Shown piece after piece: positions 1 through 6,392 of a stretch of DNA of 57,986 bases. How positions within the stretch are numbered: the first letter of the stretch is position 1; every line of letters begins with the position of its first letter. This stretch comes from Candidatus Dojkabacteria bacterium (GTDB lineage Bacteria; Patescibacteriota; Dojkabacteria; B142; OLB20). The notes below the pieces were generated by a model, which saw nothing but the letters and a program-made list of their open reading frames with translations, had not been told where the DNA came from and did no database searches. The position numbers and the translations under genes were made by a program. Where the stretch lies: NCBI GenBank assembly GCA_035444565.1, contig DAOMOX010000001.1:1-57986 (forward strand), given 5' to 3'.

Positions 1-82
1 ATTGTTGTTTGAAAATTATATCGGAGCGTAGTTCAGTTTCCGCCAGAGGCGGACCAGCCTTTGGCTGGGGCTAGAACACTAC
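1..82 (+). pseudogene. Truncated tRNA-Pro-like copy: 5' flank plus acceptor/D-arm 5' part, with a 30-nt double-hairpin insertion in the D-loop; homology ends after the D-stem
   Basis: nt 1-38 are identical to nt 83-120 (flank attgttgtttgaaaattatat + cggagcgtagttcagtt). nt 39-68 (tccgccagaggcgga + ccagcctttggctgg, two 6-bp-stem hairpins) interrupt the D-loop. nt 69-77 ggctagaac resume the tRNA sequence, then similarity stops. The window edge may cut the unit. Confidence 0.7.
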
Positions 83-103
83 ATTGTTGTTTGAAAATTA
101 TAT

Positions 104-177
104 CGGAGCGTAGTTCAGTTGGCTAGAACGCTCGCTTTGGGAGCGAGAGGTCGCTAGTTCGAGTCTAGTCGCTCCGA
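104..177 (+). tRNA. tRNA-Pro (anticodon UGG), CCA not encoded
   Basis: Manual cloverleaf, 74 nt. Acceptor cggagcg/cgctccg; D-arm gttc-agttggcta-gaac; anticodon arm ctcgc-tttggga-gcgag (anticodon TGG); variable aggtc; T-arm gctag-ttcgagt-ctagt; discriminator a. Confidence 0.92.
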
Positions 178-200
178 TATAATTTTTACAATGATAGTCT

Positions 201-446
201 ATGAGTTACTCTGTTTATGTTTTGAAGAGTAAGAACAACGGAAACCGTTACATAGGTTATACTAGTAAACCAATCACGAACAGACTAAAAGAACACAATG
301 AAGGCTCAAATCAATACACCAAAAATAATATTCCATATGAGTTGCTTTATTTCGAACAGAACTATTGCAAAGAATGTGCTACAAATAGAGAGAAGTTCCT
401 AAAGTCTGGTCAAGGTAGTAAATTGCTCGATAAAATTCAAGCGTAG
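201..446 (+). CDS. Small GIY-YIG nuclease family protein (YhbQ/UPF0213-like)
   Basis: 81-aa ORF with a GIY-YIG-type pattern: YSVYVLKS..NRYIGYT..RLKEHN..ELLYFE..REKFLKSGQG. It starts 24 nt after tRNA-Pro. Its TAG stop (444-446) lies inside the downstream tRNA-like copy. Confidence 0.8.
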   Translation: MSYSVYVLKSKNNGNRYIGYTSKPITNRLKEHNEGSNQYTKNNIPYELLYFEQNYCKECATNREKFLKSGQGSKLLDKIQA

Positions 447-577
447 TTCAGTTTCCGCCAGAGGCGGACCAGCCTATTGAGCCATAGGCACATCAGCCTT
501 TGGTTGAGGCTGGGGCTAGGACGCTCGCTTTGGGAGCGAGAGGTCGTCCCGCCTATTTATAGGCGGAATCGCTCCGA
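441..577 (+). pseudogene. Degenerate tRNA-Pro copy lacking the first 4 nt, with an expanded D-loop insertion and the T-arm replaced by a different hairpin
   Basis: gcgtagttcagtt (441-453) matches tRNA positions 5-17. The same tccgccagaggcgga/ccagcc..gctgg insertion as in copy 1 is present, now carrying a nested 34-nt insert (475-508). ggctaggac plus the anticodon arm gctcgctttgggagcgag plus aggtcg are retained (514-546). The T-arm is replaced by tcccgcctatttataggcggaa (547-568). The acceptor 3' strand tcgctccga is retained (569-577). Confidence 0.75.
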
Positions 578-652
578 TTGAGTTTTTGAACGAAGTGAAA
601 AATTACTCGATCGTGATTCTGCCGAAGCTTTAGCGAAGGCATGGCTCCGATT
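571..652 (+). repeat. 64-nt two-hairpin cassette bracketed by direct repeats of the tRNA-Pro 3' acceptor strand (gctccgatt)
   Basis: gctccgatt occurs at 571-579 and 644-652. Between them lie hairpin gagttttt..aaaaattactc (loop gaacgaagtg) and hairpin tgcc-gaagctttagcgaa-ggca (620-641). Confidence 0.7.
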
Positions 653-703
653 TAGTTTCCTATATAATGTCTTAAACTAAATCCATTATATTTTATGTGA
701 AAT

Positions 704-1063
704 ATGGAGGACGATACACTTAATTATTTTGAGGATTTATACAATCAGCATCGGGATCAATTTCTCCAGGAATGGGGTATTGAATCAGCGGGACAATTAA
801 CAGTTGGTACACTAGAATTCCTTCCTGCTGGACAACCAGTCTTCTTTGAAGGAAGAACTCGGTGCTTTGATCCTGAAACACTCAGCGTGCATAGGATACA
901 TGGATTTGGTGACTACCATGGTCAAAGTACTTCGAAGAAGGAAAGATCAGGAGATGGATTTCCTTTCTCTATAATAACTTGTGATGGTGTCCGATATTTG
1001 TGTCATCGCAAGACTTTTGTCATCATTCCTTATGTTACTACAACGACATTACCAAAATGGTAG
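704..1063 (+). CDS. Hypothetical protein (119 aa), orphan
   Basis: Uninterrupted ORF with an ATG start. I recognise no family. By eye it is more G+C-rich than neighbouring genes. It lies between two clusters of tRNA-Pro 3'-end repeats. Confidence 0.5.
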   Translation: MEDDTLNYFEDLYNQHRDQFLQEWGIESAGQLTVGTLEFLPAGQPVFFEGRTRCFDPETLSVHRIHGFGDYHGQSTSKKERSGDGFPFSIITCDGVRYLCHRKTFVIIPYVTTTTLPKW

Positions 1064-1270
1064 AAGGACCTACATGGCAATAATGAAAGAATATTAGCAT
1101 TTGAGTGACTTAATTTTTTATTGTCAATAACAAGGATTTGGTATTAAATTTAGTAGATAGTTACTGAGTATCTTGAACATAACTTACAAAACAAATTCAG
1201 TAACTTGCGGAAACTTAAACTTTGCACTTGAAGGGGCGAGGAAACAGGAGTGGAATTCGGGAATTTATAA

Positions 1271-1377
1271 CGAGTAGTTTAGTTGGCCTGTCGAAATAAT
1301 GAAGGCATGGCTCCGATTTTGTCTTTGAGTTTACGAAAAGGCACAAAATCGAGAGTGCCCGTATGGGTGCTCCGATT
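1271..1377 (+). repeat. tRNA-Pro-derived fragments and hairpin cassette (mini tRNA-like unit plus a second gctccgatt-bracketed module)
   Basis: cgagtagtttagttggcc resembles the tRNA-Pro 5' part (ggagcgtagttcagttggct). This is followed by hairpin tgtc-gaaataatgaa-ggca, then gctccgatt (1310-1318), then hairpin attttgtctttgag..ggcacaaaat, then a small hairpin gcccgtatgggt, then gctccgatt (1369-1377). Confidence 0.65.
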
Positions 1378-1408
1378 TAGTTTTTACCATAATCCACAAC
1401 ATATTATT

Positions 1409-1873
1409 ATGTTCTTCTCAGATAAAAAAATAATCAAATATATCAAAGACGAAATAATAGGAATAACCCCATTTAAAGGAGAATTTCTCGGGTCAGTTTC
1501 ATACGAAATGCATTTGGGATCTTTATTATTCCAGGTTAAACCGAAAGGAAAATACTTCAACGGAGGAAAACCAAAAGAAAAAGAGTTAACTCCTATTAAA
1601 GTTAAAAATAAATCTTATACTTTATCTCCTGGTGAGTTTATAATTGGAAAAACAGAAGAAAAGATTTACTGTAATTCAGAAACAATGGCAATCTTTGACG
1701 GAAAACCTTCACTTGCCCAAATCGGTTTATTCACTAATATCTCTTCTGTACTTGTCGACCCATTGACCGACTCAGTGATTACCTGCGAGATTTATAATGC
1801 AAGCAAGTTCCCAATTAAGTTAATGATCGGCCAGAAGATTGGACAAATATTTTTCTCAGGAGTTAGTAACTAA
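1409..1873 (+). CDS. dcd: dCTP deaminase/dUTPase-fold protein (short Dcd-like)
   Basis: Dcd-like motifs: SYEMHLG, SPGEFIIGKTEE, DGKPSLAQIGLF, VDPLTDSVITCEIYN, GQKIGQIFF. The start is set to ATG 1409 because the upstream 126 nt of the tracked ORF (1283-) is made of tRNA-like repeats. Confidence 0.75.
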   Translation: MFFSDKKIIKYIKDEIIGITPFKGEFLGSVSYEMHLGSLLFQVKPKGKYFNGGKPKEKELTPIKVKNKSYTLSPGEFIIGKTEEKIYCNSETMAIFDGKPSLAQIGLFTNISSVLVDPLTDSVITCEIYNASKFPIKLMIGQKIGQIFFSGVSN

Positions 1874-1881
1874 AAAATAAT

Positions 1882-2511
1882 ATGACAAATACTGAACAAA
1901 AACTTGAAAAGTATATCGAGAAAAACAACATAGAATTCATTATCTGGGATTTCGATTTGGTAATCTTTAAACTAGACTGGACGAAAGGAGAAACTTCATA
2001 TGAATTTTTAGGAAGACTGTACTCAGTTTTCAACGACGTTGATCCAGAGTTAATCCTAGACAAGGATGAGTTTATATATCGATTATTTCCCTATACCGAA
2101 ATTGATTTATACTTCAGAAAATACGGTAAATCCTCAATTCAAAAAGTAATTGAATTATTCAAAGAACGTGAATTAATCGCACTAGAATATGCCAAGCCAA
2201 ACAATGAAATAATCAATTTAATTAAGTCAACAGATGCCAATATTAGCCATGCCATTTGGTCAAATAATAACTACAAAACCATTGAATACTTATTAGAAAA
2301 GTCTGGAATAAAAGAAAAGTTTGAAATAATTGCATCCTTAGATAATGTTGAATATCCAAAACCAGATGTATCTGGTTTCGAGATTATCAATGAGAAATTT
2401 GGGAAACCTAATAAAGAAAGAATTCTAATGGTTGGAGATTCATTGAGGTCGGACAAAGTCGCAGCTGAGAATTCAGGAATTAAATTTTTCCACTATGATA
2501 AAAAATTATGA
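1882..2511 (+). CDS. HAD-superfamily hydrolase (phosphatase/nucleotidase-like)
   Basis: HAD motif I IIWDFDLVIF (DxD), an S/T motif at AIWSNN, K..GDSLRSD near the C-terminus. The gene starts 9 nt after dcd. Confidence 0.75.
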   Translation: MTNTEQKLEKYIEKNNIEFIIWDFDLVIFKLDWTKGETSYEFLGRLYSVFNDVDPELILDKDEFIYRLFPYTEIDLYFRKYGKSSIQKVIELFKERELIALEYAKPNNEIINLIKSTDANISHAIWSNNNYKTIEYLLEKSGIKEKFEIIASLDNVEYPKPDVSGFEIINEKFGKPNKERILMVGDSLRSDKVAAENSGIKFFHYDKKL

Positions 2512-2635
2512 GGATAATTCTTTTCCGACTTGGTGAGAAACAAAAATCTGATTCCACAGAGACAAGTATACGCAGATCAGTATGTCTAACACCAAAAGGA
2601 ATATCGCAAACCGCAACAAACCTGTGAAGTTACTA

Positions 2636-3091
2636 CTAAATGAGATACCTCACCCCTCTCACATCGTTAATGCAGGTGACGAGTATACCTAAACCCAAAT
2701 CAGCTCGCACAATTACTCCATTTGGGTTCTTGCTTTGCATCCTATATACGGCAGAACCAGGAGAATTAAAATTTGGATTGAAGAATTGTGCAGCAGTTGG
2801 ATCAATAATTTCACCACTTGAATCATTAAATAGAAAAGCATGATATGTTGATGAAAATCCTGTTTTTACTCTGGTTTCTACAACTTGATACCCATCAGGT
2901 ACTAATCCATAACTATACATCCCACCCACAATGGCATCGCAAACTGGCATCTCTGAAACCCAGAGCTTTCTATATAACTCTACTTCTTTTATCTTTCCCC
3001 TCATATATAATGCAGTCAAAGCATCATTTTTAGCAGAGTTGACAACTACTTGCCACATTCTACTATTTGTTGGAATTTCATAAAAAGACAT
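2636..3091 (-). CDS. Hypothetical protein with a possible Cys-His-Asp (transglutaminase/papain-like) arrangement
   Basis: 151-aa ORF. CDAIVGG ... YHAFLF ... IIDPTA has the spacing of a thiol-hydrolase triad. This is my reading only. It is the only minus-strand gene in the 0.2-5.1 kb block. Confidence 0.5.
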   Translation of the reverse strand: MSFYEIPTNSRMWQVVVNSAKNDALTALYMRGKIKEVELYRKLWVSEMPVCDAIVGGMYSYGLVPDGYQVVETRVKTGFSSTYHAFLFNDSSGEIIDPTAAQFFNPNFNSPGSAVYRMQSKNPNGVIVRADLGLGILVTCINDVRGVRYLI

Positions 3092-3126
3092 AATACAATA
3101 GGTTATTAAAATGTTTGGATTATACT

Positions 3127-3501
3127 ATGAAACCCAAAATCTATATTGCACATTCGTCTGGTTATGATTTCATTAATAATCTCTACCAGCCCATAAAAAA
3201 TTCCAAATTATGGGAAACTTACGAATTTATCCTCCCTCACGATAATAGAGATTATCATCCAGATTCAAAAAAGGAGATACAAGACAGCAAAGTTATTATT
3301 GCCGAAATCAGTCACCCATCAACAGGTGCAGGAATCGAAATCGGTTGGGCAGATTCTGACAATAAACCTATAATTTTCATTCATAATCACACCTATAATC
3401 CTCCCGCATATTTCAATACAATGACACCTTACGTAATAAAATACAACAAACCTGATGAAATTCCGAATTTGATAAAACAAGTACTCGAGGAATTAATATG
3501 A
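3127..3501 (+). CDS. Nucleoside 2-deoxyribosyltransferase/Rcl(DNPH1)-like protein
   Basis: KIYIAHS N-terminus and PSTGAGIEIGWA (catalytic-Glu-type motif of the NDT/Rcl fold). ATG 3127 is preferred over the TTG at 3115. The stop overlaps the next start (ATGA at 3498-3501). Confidence 0.55.
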   Translation: MKPKIYIAHSSGYDFINNLYQPIKNSKLWETYEFILPHDNRDYHPDSKKEIQDSKVIIAEISHPSTGAGIEIGWADSDNKPIIFIHNHTYNPPAYFNTMTPYVIKYNKPDEIPNLIKQVLEELI

Positions 3502-4193
3502 ATGACAAAAAGCACAATACTATAATAATCTCAGACACCCATATCACGGGAGTATTTCATAAAAAAAGATATGATTACCTCGAGAATCTAATATCCCGAT
3601 GCGATAGGTTAATCTTTAATGGTGATTTATGGAGTTACTACAGTCTGACATTGGACGACGTGTTCAAGTCAAAATGGACTGGGTTGTTTCCTTTGATGAA
3701 ATCGAAGAAATGCATATTTATCTATGGGAACCATGACAGGAAAGAATGGTGTGATGACAGAATATTTCAATTTTGTGACGAGGCTCATAACGAATATCAC
3801 TACAAAGAGGAAGGTGTAGATTTACTAATCACTCACGGACATTTACTTGCAAACGACTCAATTACAAACGAAACTTACATAAAATTCAATCGTTTGGTTA
3901 ATAACTTCAACAAATTAAATCAGTCTTACAGATTTTACTTTTTTCTTCAGAAATCTTTACTTTTCCTCATGGGTGAGAGCAAGTACGCACAATTATTCAA
4001 GAAGCTCAACGATCCTCATATTAACTATGCCAAAGGCCTCCCTGACAAGACAATCTTGGTCGCGGCTCATACTCATTCCCCAGCGTTCATGCCTGAGAAG
4101 AAGTACATTAACGTTGGTTTTATAAATTTTGGTCTTTCATTCTTCCTACATATTGATGATGGCAAACTATCACTCGAATCTGAAAGATACTAA
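3498..4193 (+). CDS. Calcineurin-like metallophosphoesterase
   Basis: Motifs ISDTHI, NGDLW, GNHD, THGH, AHTHS in canonical order. Confidence 0.8.
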   Translation: MNDKKHNTIIISDTHITGVFHKKRYDYLENLISRCDRLIFNGDLWSYYSLTLDDVFKSKWTGLFPLMKSKKCIFIYGNHDRKEWCDDRIFQFCDEAHNEYHYKEEGVDLLITHGHLLANDSITNETYIKFNRLVNNFNKLNQSYRFYFFLQKSLLFLMGESKYAQLFKKLNDPHINYAKGLPDKTILVAAHTHSPAFMPEKKYINVGFINFGLSFFLHIDDGKLSLESERY

Positions 4194-4235
4194 TATTTAC
4201 TTCCTCCATAACAAGTTTTATAATCCATTTGAATG

Positions 4236-4329
4236 GTGTTGATACCTTTTGTCTTTCCTGCGAGGGCAGGAAACTATACCTCCTCATTAGACTCCTGCCT
4301 TCGCAGGAGTGACTGCGAGAGTGTTGATA
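4236..4329. repeat. 76-nt two-hairpin element flanked by a perfect 9-bp direct repeat (gtgttgata)
   Basis: gtgttgata occurs at 4236-4244 and 4321-4329. Inside are hairpin tttcctgc-gagg-gcaggaaa (4254-4273) and hairpin actcctgc-cttc-gcaggagt (4291-4310). The second hairpin recurs twice at 46.4 kb. Confidence 0.7.
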
Positions 4330-4351
4330 TTTTAATTTTTACATTTTTCTC

Positions 4352-4591
4352 ATGCCTTATAAAAAAACACTGCAAGTCATCCTCGTACTTGCTATCGCAG
4401 GGGTTTTATTTTCAGGATACTTATCTTATTACGAACTATTCTCACCAGCAGGATGTACTGATGCAATTGTAAGTTGTGGGGATAAAGGTTTCACTATCGC
4501 CGACCTTCCAGCTTGTGTTTATGGATTTGTGATGTACTTAGCAATATTAATATTGACTAGTTGGAGTTTATACAACAAAAAAAATTCCTAA
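4352..4591 (+). CDS. Small two-TM cysteine-containing membrane protein (hypothetical; loosely VKOR/DsbB-like)
   Basis: 79 aa with two hydrophobic helices flanking a loop carrying Cys35/Cys42, and Cys55 at the start of TM2. There is no CxxC motif. Confidence 0.5.
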   Translation: MPYKKTLQVILVLAIAGVLFSGYLSYYELFSPAGCTDAIVSCGDKGFTIADLPACVYGFVMYLAILILTSWSLYNKKNS

Positions 4592-4643
4592 ACTAGGTTC
4601 AAAATTTAACGAAGAAAAACCCGGCATATGCTAGGATATATTC

Positions 4644-5132
4644 ATGTCAATACACCCTAAAGTAAAAATCGGACATGTACATCTTACAGTCTCAAATATA
4701 GATAAATCTCTTGAGTTTTATAACAAACTTCTTGGATTTGAAATTACTACACGTTTTGGAGATTCCGCAGTTTTTCTATCGGCAGGTGGTTATCATCATC
4801 ATATCGGATTAAATACTTGGCAAGGAGAAGGCATTCCCCCTCAACCCGTCGGATATTCCGGTTTATATCATTTCGCAATCCTTTACCCGGAGAGATACGA
4901 ACTCGCTAAAGTTGTAAAGAAATTGATTGAAAATCAATACCCTCTCGAAGGAGCCTCTGACCACGGAGTTTCAGAAGCTATTTATCTTCGAGATCCTGAT
5001 AATATTGGGGTAGAACTATACTGGGATAGACCGAAGTCTGCCTGGCCAAAAGATAATCAAGGTAACACCACCATGTATACCGAACCACTTGATTTAGATG
5101 AGCTACTCCAAGAGCTTAAGAAGATAAAATGA
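4644..5132 (+). CDS. VOC/glyoxalase-family protein (extradiol dioxygenase-like)
   Basis: IGHVHLTVSNIDKSLEFY, GGYHHHIGLNTW, HFAI, SEAIYLRDPDNIGVELY are typical of the glyoxalase/bleomycin-resistance fold. Confidence 0.8.
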   Translation: MSIHPKVKIGHVHLTVSNIDKSLEFYNKLLGFEITTRFGDSAVFLSAGGYHHHIGLNTWQGEGIPPQPVGYSGLYHFAILYPERYELAKVVKKLIENQYPLEGASDHGVSEAIYLRDPDNIGVELYWDRPKSAWPKDNQGNTTMYTEPLDLDELLQELKKIK

Positions 5133-5159
5133 AAAAAGTAACCCTCGCTAAACACGAGA

Positions 5160-6011
5160 TTATACAAATTCCGACAATATTTCCTTCAAATGCTGAAAAA
5201 TTAGCAGATGACCTGCGTCTGATTTAATTACCAATTTATACTTAGGAACTATTTTCTCGATAAAAGCCATAGTCTCCAGAGGTACAATTTTATCCTGAGC
5301 ACCATACCAAAAGGTGATTTGTTTCTTGATTGACTTTGAGTCGAAATCGATATCTTTGAGCATCCTGAGCACATCTGAGGCTGGAGCATCAGGTCCATTT
5401 ATGTATGCTTCTCTTTCACTCATATCTATGAGTTCAGGAATATCTAGGTTTTCAAATAGTTCCACATCGGAATCAGATAATCCAAATTTTTGAAGATTAA
5501 ATTTCAATTCCTTTGTCTTACCATTTGCTTTATCCACGAACCCCATATATAAATAAAGTAAGCGTGGATAGGAAAGTACCATCTCGGCTAATTTTTTCTC
5601 TGATCCTTTTCGATAAAGAAATGCTCCCGAAGTTGCACTTACCATAACTGCTTTCTTAAAACGACTAGGATATCTGTAAATACATGCAAGCGCATAGTTA
5701 GCTCCTGCAGAGATCCCAAGAATACCAAGTTTCTCAATGCCCAAAATGTCGAGGAATTCAGAAATTTCGTCCGCCCATTCTAAATAATCTCTCTTCTCTA
5801 CAGAGGTTGATTCGCCATAACCAGGTCTGTCAGGCGTAATTATTTTTAAGTTAAGCTCATTTGCGGTTTCAGCGAATTTCATAGCCTGCATCCTAGTTCC
5901 GTTCACACCATGACACATAAGTATAGGCAAACCATTTTCGTTTCCATAGACAGAGTATGAAATAGTTTTTCCATTTTCTAAATTAATTACTTCTTTTTCT
6001 TTTTGTATCAT
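5160..6011 (-). CDS. Alpha/beta-fold hydrolase
   Basis: HGVNGT oxyanion region, nucleophile elbow GISAG, C-terminal DAGHL. Confidence 0.8.
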   Translation of the reverse strand: MIQKEKEVINLENGKTISYSVYGNENGLPILMCHGVNGTRMQAMKFAETANELNLKIITPDRPGYGESTSVEKRDYLEWADEISEFLDILGIEKLGILGISAGANYALACIYRYPSRFKKAVMVSATSGAFLYRKGSEKKLAEMVLSYPRLLYLYMGFVDKANGKTKELKFNLQKFGLSDSDVELFENLDIPELIDMSEREAYINGPDAPASDVLRMLKDIDFDSKSIKKQITFWYGAQDKIVPLETMAFIEKIVPKYKLVIKSDAGHLLIFQHLKEILSEFV

Positions 6012-6038
6012 GGCAAAATTTGTAATAATTAATAATCA

Positions 6039-6392
6039 ATGAAAATTAAACTTAATAAAAATAGACAGATAGCAATTATACTAGGCTTAGCTTATATATT
6101 TCTAATCATCTACGCAATACTTGAAGAGACTGGTTTCTTCGGACCTGATATTGGAGTATTGAGCTCCCTTCAAAATAGTGGTTTTTCCAGAGCAATGTTT
6201 CTAGATATTGGAATTCTAGCCACTTTAGTTGCATTTTGGGTGATTCTCACAGGAAAAGAGAAGTACAGGATAATTTTCGCAATTGCCATTCTGTTTGTTG
6301 GATCTTTTGCTTTATTACCTTATCTTATTATTGAATTTTGGAAAGATAATATTTCCTTGAGGGGTTATTCGAAGGCAAGAGTGAATACTTGA
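6039..6392 (+). CDS. Hypothetical membrane protein (about 4 TM)
   Basis: 117-aa hydrophobic ORF. Its 3' end overlaps the convergent gene by 28 nt. Confidence 0.5.
   Translation: MKIKLNKNRQIAIILGLAYIFLIIYAILEETGFFGPDIGVLSSLQNSGFSRAMFLDIGILATLVAFWVILTGKEKYRIIFAIAILFVGSFALLPYLIIEFWKDNISLRGYSKARVNT

Noticed and set aside
90-103. ttatat at 98-103 as a -10 box driving tRNA-Pro
   Set aside because: It abuts the first nucleotide of the mature tRNA, so a transcript would start inside the tRNA. No matching -35 element occurs at the proper spacing.
1-1400. CRISPR array explanation for the repeated hairpins near tRNAs (also 31.8-32.3 kb and 38.0-38.7 kb)
   Set aside because: The repeats are of several different families. 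They are not regularly spaced, are not separated by unique spacers of constant length, and partly derive from the neighbouring tRNA. No cas genes are in the window.
1283-1408. N-terminal 42 codons of the tracked ORF 1283..1873
   Set aside because: This stretch is the translation of the tRNA-Pro-like fragments and hairpin cassette (gctccgatt repeats at 1310 and 1369). The Dcd-like homology begins only after ATG 1409, so the extension is treated as non-coding.
4233-4472. 79-aa ORF spanning the hairpin element and the start of the next gene
   Set aside because: It reads straight through the two palindromic hairpins and the 9-bp direct repeats, and it overlaps the better-supported membrane-protein ORF 4352..4591 in another frame. 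It is judged spurious.
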